From an uncultured Trueperaceae bacterium (GTDB lineage Bacteria; Deinococcota; Deinococci; Deinococcales; Trueperaceae): DNA of 64,000 nucleotides. The DNA is taken from the NCBI GenBank assembly GCA_963727505.1, contig CAVSGP010000002.1, positions 32,001 through 96,000 of the forward strand, read 5' to 3'. Both the position numbers and the translations under genes were made by a program. The notes under the pieces are model-generated. The model saw nothing but the letters and a program-made list of their open reading frames with translations. It was not told the origin of the DNA and did not search any database. Of this stretch, positions 22,486 to 32,185 are shown one piece after another (the first letter of the stretch is position 1; every line of letters begins with the position of its first letter).

Positions 22486-23172
22486 ATGACCAAGACGGTC
22501 CTCATCGTCGACGACAAGCTCAGCCTCACGCGCCTGCTGCAGGAATACCTGGGCAAGCAGGGCTACCGGACCGTGGTGGCCGACAACGGCCGCAACGCCC
22601 TCTTCACGGCGCGTCACGCCAAGCCGGACATCATCCTGCTCGACGTGATGATGCCCGAGATGGACGGGCTGGAGTTCATCCGCACCTACCGCCGCGAGTC
22701 CGATACCCCGATCATCCTCCTCACGGCGCGGGTCGAGGAGGCCGACAAGGTCGCCGGGCTGGAGCTCGGCGCGGACGACTACGTCACCAAGCCGTTCGGG
22801 ATGGCCGAGCTCAACGCGCGCATACGCGCCGTGTTGAGGCGCTACGAACAGCGCGAGCGCGACGACGAGCGCCTTCGGGTGGGCGCGGTCGAGCTCGACC
22901 GCAGCCGCCACACCGTGCGCGTCGACGGGCAGTTCGTCGACCTGACGCCCTCGGAGTTCGACCTGCTCGCCACCATGATGACGGCCCCGGGCAGGGTGTT
23001 CAGCCGCAACGACCTGATCGAGCACCTGCCGGGCGAGAGCCCGGAACGGGTGGAGCGCACCATCGACGCCCACGTCCGCAACCTGCGCAAGAAGCTGGAG
23101 CGCGACCCCCGGCACCCGCGGTATGTGGAGACCGTGTTCGGCGTCGGCTACCGCTTCCGGCCCGAGGCCTAG
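22486..23172 (+). CDS. OmpR-family response regulator
   Basis: IVDD, LLDVMMP, GADDYVTKPF, winged helix ETVFGVGY. Confidence 0.95.
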   Translation: MTKTVLIVDDKLSLTRLLQEYLGKQGYRTVVADNGRNALFTARHAKPDIILLDVMMPEMDGLEFIRTYRRESDTPIILLTARVEEADKVAGLELGADDYVTKPFGMAELNARIRAVLRRYEQRERDDERLRVGAVELDRSRHTVRVDGQFVDLTPSEFDLLATMMTAPGRVFSRNDLIEHLPGESPERVERTIDAHVRNLRKKLERDPRHPRYVETVFGVGYRFRPEA

Positions 23173-23175
23173 CGC

Positions 23176-24717
23176 GTGCGGTCGATCCGCACCAAGCTGA
23201 CGCTCATCATCGTTGCCACCAGCGTGCTCGCCGTTGCGCTGGTCGGGGTCAGCGCCCGCTGGATCACGCACCGCCAGTTCAACACCTTCCGGCTCGAGCA
23301 GACGCGCAGTGCCTTCATCGACGCCGCCACCACCTACTACCGGGACCACGGGAGCTGGGCGGGAGCGGAGACCGCGCTACAGCAGGAGATCTACCGCATC
23401 CTGGGCGTGCCCGGCAGCGACCATCCGCGCCCCGACGCCGGAACGCCCGACGGCACTTCGCCCGATCCCACGCCCGTTCCTGGCGCGGCCGCTTCCGCGG
23501 CACCCGCTCCCAACGCGCCCACCGCGGCACCCGTGCGGCCGGGTACAGCGCCCACCCTCGGCGTCGACGGCGCGGCCAACGACCGCTTCGAGCGACGTAA
23601 CCCGTTCGCGCTCGCAAATCCGGCGGGAGTGGCCGTCATCGGCAACCACCGCTGGAACCAGGGTGCGACCATCCCCGGACGGGTACTCGCCCGCGGTACG
23701 CCAGTGATGCTCGACGGCACGCGCATCGGCACGGTGACCTACGAAGCACCGCCGGAGTTGCGGACGCTGGAGCGCATCTACCTCCGCCGCACCGGTCAGG
23801 CGATCTTCTACGCCGCCATCGCCGCCGCGGCGCTCGCCCTGCTGATCGGCGTGCTCGCCACCCGGTTGCTGACCCGCCCTATCCGCGACCTCACCGGCGC
23901 CATCGGCAAGATGCGGGGAGGGGCGCTGGAGCAGTCGGTACCGATCCGCTCGCAGGACGAGTTCGGCGAGATGGCGCGGGCGTTCAACGACATGAGCGCC
24001 GACGTGGCTCGGGGCCAGCGCCTGCGCGAGCAGATGACGGCCGATATCGCCCACGACCTGCGCACCCCACTCTCGGTGTTGACGGGCTACCTGGAAGGCA
24101 TCCGCGAGGGCGTGCTCGACGCCGACGACGCCACCGTCGATACCATGTACGGCGAGGCCGTGCAGCTCCAGCACCTGGTGGAGGACCTTCGTACGCTGTC
24201 GATGGCGGACGCCGGCCGGCTCCGCCTGCAACGCGAGACGGTGAGTGCCGCTGAGTTGCTGCAGGGGGCGCGGCAAGCCTTCCTGCCGCTGGCCGAGCAG
24301 GCGGGCGTCGTGCTCGAAATCCAGGTCGCGCAGCCGGCGCCGCAGCTCGAGGTCGATCCCAGCCGCATGCGTCAGGTCCTCGCCAACCTCATCGGCAACG
24401 CCCTCGAGCACACCTCGGCCGGCGGCAGCGTGCAACTCGGCGCTCGGCTGGAGGGCGGCGAGGCGGTGTTGAGCGTGACCGACGACGGCGTGGGCATCCC
24501 CGCCGAAGCCCTGCCCCACATCTTCGAGCGCTTCTACCGGGTGGACGCCTCCCGGTCGGAGGGCGGTACCGGCTCCGGCCTCGGCCTGCCGATCGCGCGC
24601 TCCCTGGTGGAAGCCCACGGCGGCACCATCGCCGCCGAGAGCGAGCCGGGCCGGGGCAGCACCATCACCGTGCGACTGCCGGCAGCGTCCTCCGCGGGAT
24701 GGTCCGCGACCTCCTAG
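23176..24717 (+). CDS. BaeS-like sensor histidine kinase
   Basis: Two TM, HAMP, AHDLRTP, NLIGNA, DDGVGI, GSGLGL. Confidence 0.95.
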   Translation: MRSIRTKLTLIIVATSVLAVALVGVSARWITHRQFNTFRLEQTRSAFIDAATTYYRDHGSWAGAETALQQEIYRILGVPGSDHPRPDAGTPDGTSPDPTPVPGAAASAAPAPNAPTAAPVRPGTAPTLGVDGAANDRFERRNPFALANPAGVAVIGNHRWNQGATIPGRVLARGTPVMLDGTRIGTVTYEAPPELRTLERIYLRRTGQAIFYAAIAAAALALLIGVLATRLLTRPIRDLTGAIGKMRGGALEQSVPIRSQDEFGEMARAFNDMSADVARGQRLREQMTADIAHDLRTPLSVLTGYLEGIREGVLDADDATVDTMYGEAVQLQHLVEDLRTLSMADAGRLRLQRETVSAAELLQGARQAFLPLAEQAGVVLEIQVAQPAPQLEVDPSRMRQVLANLIGNALEHTSAGGSVQLGARLEGGEAVLSVTDDGVGIPAEALPHIFERFYRVDASRSEGGTGSGLGLPIARSLVEAHGGTIAAESEPGRGSTITVRLPAASSAGWSATS

Positions 24718-24759
24718 GCTGCTGTCGGGAGGCGCACGGTAGGCGCCCGCGCCGGTCCG

Positions 24760-25542
24760 TCAGCGGATGACGCGGCGCTGCATGCGCCACACCGCGAACG
24801 CCCCCAGCACCGTGCCCACCACCAGCAGATAGGCGACGTCGAAGCCGAGCCCCTGCCACTGACCGTTGACGATGCCGCGTACCAGCCGCACCGCCCGGTA
24901 CAGCGGGGTCGCCTGCGCCACCCACACCAGTGCGGCGGGGAAGCGGTCCTGCACCGGGAAGAAGATGCCGGAGAAGAGGAACGACGGCGTGATGAACAGC
25001 GTGAAGAAGTAGGAGAAGACATCGATGATATGGATCACCGAGGTGAAGGCCAGGCCGATGGCGCTGAAGCAGTAGCCAACCAGCGCGATGGCGGGCAGGG
25101 CCAGCAGCAGTCGCCAGGTCAGCGGCGTGTCGAAGAACAGGGTGATGAGCAGGAAGATCCCGCCGTAGATGAGCGAACGCGTCACCGCCCACCACCACTC
25201 GCCCACCGCCACGTCCTCCATGTTGACGCGGGTGGTGACCATGGCGTCGTAGAGCTTGCCGAAGTGCAGCTTGACGAACACGTTGTAGGTGGTCTCGAAG
25301 GCGGCGCCGTTCATGGCCGAGGCCGCCACCAGGCCCGGCGCGATGTAGGTCAGGTAGTCCTGGCCGAACTGCCCGCCACTGCTGACGTAATACCCGAGGC
25401 CGACGCCGAGCCCCAGCAGATAGAACAGCGGCTCGAAGAAGTTGGGCAGCAGCCCGTAGTACCAGCGGTCGCGGTACACCCACAGGTTGCGCTGCCAGAC
25501 GCGCGCCGCGCTCCGGAGATCGATCACCCGGTTCCCTCTCAT
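24760..25542 (-). CDS. ABC-2 permease, NodJ-like
   Basis: EPLFYLLGLGVG, YIAPGL, FSGIFFP. Confidence 0.88.
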   Translation of the reverse strand: MRGNRVIDLRSAARVWQRNLWVYRDRWYYGLLPNFFEPLFYLLGLGVGLGYYVSSGGQFGQDYLTYIAPGLVAASAMNGAAFETTYNVFVKLHFGKLYDAMVTTRVNMEDVAVGEWWWAVTRSLIYGGIFLLITLFFDTPLTWRLLLALPAIALVGYCFSAIGLAFTSVIHIIDVFSYFFTLFITPSFLFSGIFFPVQDRFPAALVWVAQATPLYRAVRLVRGIVNGQWQGLGFDVAYLLVVGTVLGAFAVWRMQRRVIR

Positions 25543-25546
25543 GCCC

Positions 25547-26479
25547 TCACTCCCTGAGCGCCCGTCCGGTGAGCTTGAGGAACACGTCCTCGAGGTTGGC
25601 GGGCCGCACGAAGGCGCGCTCGAGCCGCCAGCCCTGGTCGCGCAGGCTCCCCAGCGCCGCGTCGGCGTCGCCGACGAACACGCTCACCCGGTCGCCGCTA
25701 CGGACCGCCTCGAGCCCCAGCCGTGCAGCGGCGTCCTCGAGCCGCTGGCCCTCCCCCGCTTCGGCGCGCGCCTCGACGACCAGCGGCGGCAGATGGTCGC
25801 GGATCAAGGCGTGCGGTGCTCCCTCCGCGATGATGGCGCCGTGGTCCATGACCACGAGCCGGTCGCAGAGTCGCTCGGCCTCGTCCATGTAGTGGGTGCT
25901 CATCATCAGCGTCTTGCCCTGCGAACGCAGCTCTTCGAGCTTGTTCCAGAGGTTGAGCCGCACCTGCGGATCGAGGCCGGTGGTGGGCTCGTCGAGCACC
26001 ACGATCTCGGGATCGTTCATCAAGCCACGCGCCAGCGTCAGGCGGCGCTTCATGCCACCCGAGAGCTCGTCGACCATGACATTGCGCTTCTCGTTCAGAT
26101 CGGCGAAGGCGAGCAGATCCTCGGCCCGTCGCCTGGCACGGGCTCCGGCGATGCCGTTGAAGCGAGCGTAGATCAGCAGGTTGTCCATGACGCGAAGCTC
26201 GGTGTCGAGGTTGTCCATCTGCGGCACCACACCGAGGCGCTGCTTGATGCTGCGGGCGCGCTCGCCCGCAGGCATTCCCAGCACCCGCAACGTTCCGGAG
26301 CTGCTGGGCGTGACCTGGTAGATCATCCGCATCAACGTGGACTTGCCGGCACCGTTGGGGCCCAGCATGCCGAAGAACTCGCCTCGGCGGACCTCGAAGC
26401 TCACGCCGTCGACGGCGTGAACCTCTCCGTACCGCTTCACCAAGGATTCGACGGCGACCACGGGCTCGGATGACGGCAT
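25547..26479 (-). CDS. ABC ATPase, NodI-like
   Basis: GPNGAGKS, LSGGM, LDEPTTGLDP, STHYMDEA. Confidence 0.92.
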   Translation of the reverse strand: MPSSEPVVAVESLVKRYGEVHAVDGVSFEVRRGEFFGMLGPNGAGKSTLMRMIYQVTPSSSGTLRVLGMPAGERARSIKQRLGVVPQMDNLDTELRVMDNLLIYARFNGIAGARARRRAEDLLAFADLNEKRNVMVDELSGGMKRRLTLARGLMNDPEIVVLDEPTTGLDPQVRLNLWNKLEELRSQGKTLMMSTHYMDEAERLCDRLVVMDHGAIIAEGAPHALIRDHLPPLVVEARAEAGEGQRLEDAAARLGLEAVRSGDRVSVFVGDADAALGSLRDQGWRLERAFVRPANLEDVFLKLTGRALRE

Positions 26480-26639
26480 GTTCCTCCAGGGGCGCACGGG
26501 GGCAACCCGCAACATTCTAACGACCGCGGGCGGGCCGCCTTCTTGACACGCATGCCGACCTCGCCCATGCTGAGGTGATCGACGAACCGGAACGTCCACT
26601 CCTGCACCGTGGTAGCCGGACCCCGCGCACCTCGGGAGG

Positions 26640-29600
26640 GTGACGGTGTCGCAGTCTCGACTGCGTATCGAACTGCTGGGCCACGTACGCGTCCTGGACG
26701 GTGACGAGCCGCTCGCCGCCCTGGTCTCGGCGCGCCGCCGTGCGCTGCTGGCCTACCTCGTCCTCCACCGCCATGAGGTCGTGGACCGGGAACGACTTGC
26801 GTACCTGTTCTGGCCCGACTCCGAGGACGGCCAGGCCCGGACCAACCTGCGGCGGGAGCTCCACCACCTGCGAAGCGAGCTGCCCGCCGACGCGGTGCTC
26901 GATCTCGGCGGCTCCGTGCTGGGCTGGCGCGCCGACGCGCCCGTCACCACCGATGTGGAGGAGTTCGAGGGCGCCCTGACCGACGCGGAGCGCCTCCGGG
27001 CCCGTGGCGACCACCGACGCGAGCGCAGCGCGCTGGCGCGCGCAGCCGAGCTGTACCGTGGCGACCTCGTCCCGTCGTGCTACGAGGACTGGCTCGAGCC
27101 CCACAGGGAGCGCCTGCGTGGGGCGCTGACCGGCGCGCTCGATCGCCTGACCGAGCTCTGCGAGGCCGGCGGTGATCCCCGCACAGCCGTGCTCCACGCT
27201 GAACGGCGCATCCGGCTGGACCCGCTCGACGAGACGGCCTATCGACGGCTCATGGCGTTGCACCAGCGCGAGGGCAACCGGGCAGCGGCCATCCATGCCT
27301 TCCACCGCTGTGCTGGCGCCCTGCAGCGCGAGCTCGACGTCGCGCCGAGCGCCACCACACGCGAGGCGTACGAGTCCTTGCTGGTGCCGGAGGGGGGACC
27401 GGCGGAAGGGGTCGCTTCGCGGGAGACGCGCGGGGCCACGTCCCTGGTGGGTCGCGCCGGGGCGGTCGCGGCGCTGGTGGAAGCCTGGGAGCGTACGCGG
27501 GTGGAGGGGCCGGCGGTGCTGGTGGTGCTCGGCGAGGCCGGCATCGGCAAGACGCGGCTGGTGGAGGAGTTCGTTCGGACGGCCGTGCCACCGGATGCGG
27601 CCTTGGTCCGGAGTCGGGCGTACGCGGCCGAGAGTCGTCTCAGCTACGGGCTTGCTGTCGAGTGGCTGCGCAGCCCGGCGGTGGCCGAGCGCGTGGCCGA
27701 TCTCCCGGACGCGTGGCGCGCGGAGATCGCCCGCCTGGCCCCCGACCTCGATCCGGCCACCGACGTGGCGCTGGAGCCGCCCGACACCGTTCCCGCCTCC
27801 TGGCAGCGTCGGCGCCTGCTCGAGGCCGTGGCCCGGGCGGTGCTGACGGTCCCGGCTCCTCGCCTGTTACTGGTCGACGACCTGCATTGGGCGGACGCAG
27901 ACTCGCTCGAGGCCCTCCATGTGCTCACGAGGCTCGATCCCGGCGCCGCACTGCTGGTGGTGGCCACGGTGCGTACGGAGGAGCTCCCCGGCAACGCCCC
28001 GTTGGAGCGGCTGCTGCTCGCACTTCGCGCGGAGGGCCGCCTCCGCGACGTGGAGCTCGACCGCCTCGGCCGCGCGGACACCGAGCTGCTGGCGCGCCAG
28101 GTGGCGGACGTCGATCTCGACGAAGCGTCGCTCGGCCGGCTCCATCGGATCAGCGAGGGGATCCCCCTCTTCATCGTCGAGACGCTCCGCGCGGCCCCGT
28201 CTGGGACGCAAACGGACGGTGACGCGACGCTGCCGCCACGCGTGCGCGCGGTGCTGACGATACGCCTCCAGCAACTCAGCGCCGACGCCCGGGGCCTCGC
28301 GGAGCTCGGAGCCACCATCGGACGCGCGTTCCACTTCGACACCCTCCTGCAGGCATCGGACCTGCCCGAAGAATCGCTCGTGCGGGCACTCGACGAGCTC
28401 TGGCGGCGGCGCATCGTGCTGGAGGAAGCTGCCGACGCCTACGACTTCAGCCACGACGCGCTCCGCGCGGCCGCGTACGACGCCATCGACCCGGCCCGCC
28501 GCCGTCTCCTCCACCGAAGGGTGGCGCGCGCGCTCGAACGGCTCCACGCCGGCGACACGGGTCCGGTGAGCGGCCGCCTGGCCCAGCATTTCGAGTCCGG
28601 TGGCGAGACGGTCCGCGCCGTCGATGCGTATCGTCAGGCCGCCCGCGAGGCGACGGCGGTGTTCTCCCATGAGGAGGCCCTGCGCCTGCTCGAGCGCGCA
28701 CTCGAGCTGCTCAACGCCATGGCGCCGTCGCAGGAGCGCGATCGTCGCGAGCTGGAGCTGCAGCTGGCGAGGATCATCCCGGCCCGCTCGCTCAGCGGCT
28801 ACGCCGCACCGGTGATGGCAGCGGCGGCCGAGCGGGCGGCGGAGCTGGCCGAGCGGCTGCAGGATGCCGGCTCGCTGTACCACGCGCTCCGCAGCTTGCA
28901 GACGACGCGCTTCGTGAGCGCTCAGCTCACCCGCGCGCTCGAGCTATCGGAGCGCCTTCAAGCGCTCGCGCGCGACGTCCCCGACCGCCAGGCCGAAGGG
29001 GACCACGCGATGGCCGGCTCGCTGCTCACGGTCGGGGACCTCGAGGGCGCCGTCGAGCACTTCGAGCGCGCGGAGCGGGGCAACGACCCCACCATCGATC
29101 GCGCCACCATCTCCGTCTTCGGCGCGGACCTCGCCGTCTTCACGGCGGCATGGCAGGCGCACGCGCTATGGATGGTGGGCTTCGCCGACCGGGCCGGCGT
29201 GTCCTCCACGCGCGCGGTCCGGCTCGCCGAGTCGCTCGCGCACCCCTACAGCCGTGCGCTGGCGCACGCCTACGCGGCGCTCTTCCACCACCTCCGGCGT
29301 GACCGGCGCGCCTGTGGGACGCACGCTCGCGCGGCCACCGAGATCTGCGAACGGCACGGCTTCGCCTACTACGTGCACTGGGGCCGGCTGCTCGGCGCCT
29401 GGGCCGACGCGGCCCTTCCGGCCGCGGAACGTATCCAGAGCATTCGCGTTGCGCTCGAGGGGCTCGAGGGCGAAGGGGCCGCTGTCCGGCTCCCGATCTA
29501 CCTGAGTGTTCTCGGCCTGACCCAGGCCCGCGCGGGTCGGCAGGACGACGCGCGCCGTACGCTCGCCCGCGCGCGATCGTGCGCCGATGAGACCGGCGAG

Positions 29601-29882
29601 CTCTGGTGGACGCCGGAGATCATCCGGTTGCAGGCGCTCCTCGCCGAGCGTGCCGAGGAGCGCCTGACCTGCCTGCGGCGCGCGCTCGAGCACGCCTCGA
29701 GACTCAAGGCGCGACCCCTGGCCGCTCGAGCTGCGACCAGCCTGGCGATCGAGCTGCGTTCGCGCGGCCGCCGGGACGAAGCGCGCGCGACCCTCGCCCG
29801 TGTCCTCGAGACATCACCATCCGACGCCGGCGGCCGCGACTGGCGGCGTGCGGAGCGGTGCCTCGAGCGCCTCGCGCGGTAG
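26640..29882 (+). CDS. SARP/BTAD-AAA ATPase-TPR transcriptional regulator
   Basis: N-terminal wHTH and BTAD (LYRGDL, DPLDE), GEAGIGKT, DDLHWAD, helical repeats. Confidence 0.88.
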   Translation: MTVSQSRLRIELLGHVRVLDGDEPLAALVSARRRALLAYLVLHRHEVVDRERLAYLFWPDSEDGQARTNLRRELHHLRSELPADAVLDLGGSVLGWRADAPVTTDVEEFEGALTDAERLRARGDHRRERSALARAAELYRGDLVPSCYEDWLEPHRERLRGALTGALDRLTELCEAGGDPRTAVLHAERRIRLDPLDETAYRRLMALHQREGNRAAAIHAFHRCAGALQRELDVAPSATTREAYESLLVPEGGPAEGVASRETRGATSLVGRAGAVAALVEAWERTRVEGPAVLVVLGEAGIGKTRLVEEFVRTAVPPDAALVRSRAYAAESRLSYGLAVEWLRSPAVAERVADLPDAWRAEIARLAPDLDPATDVALEPPDTVPASWQRRRLLEAVARAVLTVPAPRLLLVDDLHWADADSLEALHVLTRLDPGAALLVVATVRTEELPGNAPLERLLLALRAEGRLRDVELDRLGRADTELLARQVADVDLDEASLGRLHRISEGIPLFIVETLRAAPSGTQTDGDATLPPRVRAVLTIRLQQLSADARGLAELGATIGRAFHFDTLLQASDLPEESLVRALDELWRRRIVLEEAADAYDFSHDALRAAAYDAIDPARRRLLHRRVARALERLHAGDTGPVSGRLAQHFESGGETVRAVDAYRQAAREATAVFSHEEALRLLERALELLNAMAPSQERDRRELELQLARIIPARSLSGYAAPVMAAAAERAAELAERLQDAGSLYHALRSLQTTRFVSAQLTRALELSERLQALARDVPDRQAEGDHAMAGSLLTVGDLEGAVEHFERAERGNDPTIDRATISVFGADLAVFTAAWQAHALWMVGFADRAGVSSTRAVRLAESLAHPYSRALAHAYAALFHHLRRDRRACGTHARAATEICERHGFAYYVHWGRLLGAWADAALPAAERIQSIRVALEGLEGEGAAVRLPIYLSVLGLTQARAGRQDDARRTLARARSCADETGELWWTPEIIRLQALLAERAEERLTCLRRALEHASRLKARPLAARAATSLAIELRSRGRRDEARATLARVLETSPSDAGGRDWRRAERCLERLAR

Positions 29883-30012
29883 CGCTCGCGCGCCCACCCC
29901 GCATCGGCACGGGAGGAACGCTCCGCGAACGGCGCGCGTCCTAGCCTCGGGCCACCCGAACCGGCAACGGCCGGGCGTGTCGGCGCCTGCAGGCGCCGTG
30001 AAGGAGGAGACC

Positions 30013-31440
30013 ATGAAGGAACGGATCGGATCCACCGCGGACGATGCGATGCCGGCGCCCCCCCTTCCCGGAGGCTTCGTTGAGGCGCTACGGGCCGGCC
30101 TCCGAGGCCAGGTGCTGACGCCCTCCGACCCCGGATACGAGAAGGTCCGGCCCGTCTACAACGCGATGATCCAGCGCCGTCCTGGCGCCATCGCGCAGGT
30201 GGCCGACGCCGCCGACGTGATGGCCTGCGTCGACGCTGCACGCGCGTACGGCGTTCCGCTCGCGGTTCGCGGCGGAGGTCACAACGCCGCCGGTCTGGGA
30301 TCGGTCGACGGCGGGCTGGTCGTCGACCTCGGACGCCTCAAGGGCATCCGGGTCGATCCACGCGCCCGCACCGTCCGCGTCGAAGGCGGCTGCGTCTGGG
30401 GCGACGTCGACCACGCCACCCACCCCTTCGGGCTCGCCGTGCCCTGCGGCTTCATCGCCAGTACGGGTGTCGGCGGCCTCACCCTCGGCGGCGGAAGCGG
30501 TTACCTCACGCGCTCCGCCGGCCTCACCATCGACAACCTTCTCAGCGCCGACGTGGTCCTCGCCGATGGACGCTTCGTCACCGCGAGCACCGACGAGCAT
30601 CCCGACCTGTTCTGGGCCCTCAAGGGCGGAGGCGGCAACTTCGGCATCGTCACCAGCTTCCTGTTCCGCGCGCACCCCGTCAAGAACGTCATCGGCGGAC
30701 CCACCATGTGGGCCCTGGACAAGGCGGAGGACGCGCTCCGCGGATTCCAGGAGCTGATCGAAACCGCGCCGGAGGAGCTGGGCGGCTTCTTCGCCTTCAC
30801 CACCGTCCCGCCCGTGCCCCCCTTCCCCGAGGAGCTCCACGGGCGCACCGTCGCCGCCGTCGTGTGGTGCTACAACGGCAACCAGGAAGGCTTCGACGAC
30901 CTCGTCGGACCCTTCGTCGAAGAGGTGGAACCGCTGCTGCACGGCCCTCACGAGCTCCCCTTCCCCGCCCTGCAATCCTTCTTCGACCCTCTCTATCCTG
31001 CCGGCCTGCAGTGGTACTGGCGCGCCGATTTCCTGCCGCAGCTCTCGGACGAAGCGATCGCCGAGCACGCCCGCTTGGGCGCCACCCTCCCCACCCCGCA
31101 GTCCACCATGCACCTGTACCCCTTGAACGGCGCGGCGGCACGTGTGAGCGCCGACGCAACCGCCTACCGCCACCGCGACGCTCTTTGGTCGCAGGTCATC
31201 GTCGGCGTCGACCCAGATCCCGGGATGGCCGGAGCGCTGCGCGACTGGACGGTCGGCTACTACGATGCCCTGCACCCCTACTCCACCGGCGCGGCGTACG
31301 TGAACTTCATGATGGACGAAGGCCACGACCGCATCCAGGCGAGCTACGGCGAGAACTACGAACGCCTGACCACGGTCAAGCGCCGCTACGACCCGGACAA
31401 CCTGTTCCAGGTGAATCAGAACATCCCGCCGGCCGCGTGA
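30013..31440 (+). CDS. FAD-linked oxidase, BBE/VAO family
   Basis: RGGGH, GGGGNFG, AYVNF, KRRYDPDNLF; AAGGAGG RBS. Confidence 0.93.
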   Translation: MKERIGSTADDAMPAPPLPGGFVEALRAGLRGQVLTPSDPGYEKVRPVYNAMIQRRPGAIAQVADAADVMACVDAARAYGVPLAVRGGGHNAAGLGSVDGGLVVDLGRLKGIRVDPRARTVRVEGGCVWGDVDHATHPFGLAVPCGFIASTGVGGLTLGGGSGYLTRSAGLTIDNLLSADVVLADGRFVTASTDEHPDLFWALKGGGGNFGIVTSFLFRAHPVKNVIGGPTMWALDKAEDALRGFQELIETAPEELGGFFAFTTVPPVPPFPEELHGRTVAAVVWCYNGNQEGFDDLVGPFVEEVEPLLHGPHELPFPALQSFFDPLYPAGLQWYWRADFLPQLSDEAIAEHARLGATLPTPQSTMHLYPLNGAAARVSADATAYRHRDALWSQVIVGVDPDPGMAGALRDWTVGYYDALHPYSTGAAYVNFMMDEGHDRIQASYGENYERLTTVKRRYDPDNLFQVNQNIPPAA

Positions 31441-31498
31441 GTCGCGGGTGCCGCTGCGCTGTCGGCAGCGCTGCGCCCGGCCGTGAGAACCAGGAAAG

Positions 31499-31525
31499 GG
31501 GGCCCGCCGGAGATCGGCGGGCCCC
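31499..31525 (-). terminator. Hairpin terminator between convergent genes
   Basis: GGGGCCCGCCG-GAGAT-CGGCGGGCCCC; short T run follows on the minus strand. Confidence 0.65.
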
Positions 31526-31562
31526 ACCTACGCCCGGAGGCGAGGGCGTCGTAGGGGAGGGG

Positions 31563-32174
31563 TCAGGAGAACTCGTGCCCGAGGTTCTGCATCACCGCGA
31601 GCGCGAATGCCATGACCCGCCTGGTATCGGGGTCGTTGGCCGAACGCAGCGCCCCGAAGATGCCCCCGACCGGGGGGACCTTCACGTCGGGGTATTGCGC
31701 CTGCCCCGCCTTGAGGGCGCGGGCGGCGCGCTCCAGCGCGTCCAGCACGAAGGGATCGAGGATGAGTTCGCCCAGCACGCTGACCTTGCGCACCAGACCG
31801 GCGACCATCTCGTCGGTCATGCCTGCCTGGACCAGGTTGAGCGCGCCCGTCAGGCCGCGCAGTCCCTCCAGCGTGGCAGGATCGGTGACGGAATCGAGCG
31901 TCGCCAGCACCTCGGGGCTCTTGACCCGCTCGAGCAGCTCCAGCACGCCGGGATCCAGGATGACCTCGGCCAGACCGGCGACCTTCGACACGAGTCCCTT
32001 GAGCATGTCGTCGGTCATGCCCGACAGCATCAGCGAGAGGGGGCCGCTGAGCTCGCCGAAGGGGCCGGCCTCCAGCGCGTCGAGACGCCGTTCGAGGCCC
32101 TCCATCTTGCCGAGGATCAGGTCGAGCTTCTCGGACAGCCCGGCGTCGGCGGAAAGGGTGGTTTCGTTCGCCAT
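31563..32174 (-). CDS. DUF1641-like protein
   Basis: C-terminal PPVGGIFGALRSANDPDTRRVMAF resembles DUF1641; GAGG RBS; follows SQR. Confidence 0.75.
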   Translation of the reverse strand: MANETTLSADAGLSEKLDLILGKMEGLERRLDALEAGPFGELSGPLSLMLSGMTDDMLKGLVSKVAGLAEVILDPGVLELLERVKSPEVLATLDSVTDPATLEGLRGLTGALNLVQAGMTDEMVAGLVRKVSVLGELILDPFVLDALERAARALKAGQAQYPDVKVPPVGGIFGALRSANDPDTRRVMAFALAVMQNLGHEFS

Positions 32175-32185
32175 GGCCGCCTCCT

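Noticed and set aside
23410..23570. Pro/Ala-rich insert in the sensor kinase as a repeat element
   Set aside because: A low-complexity linker with no true repeat unit.
24760..26479. Nodulation genes nodIJ
   Set aside because: Only family-level similarity; no nodABC, and the family is widespread.
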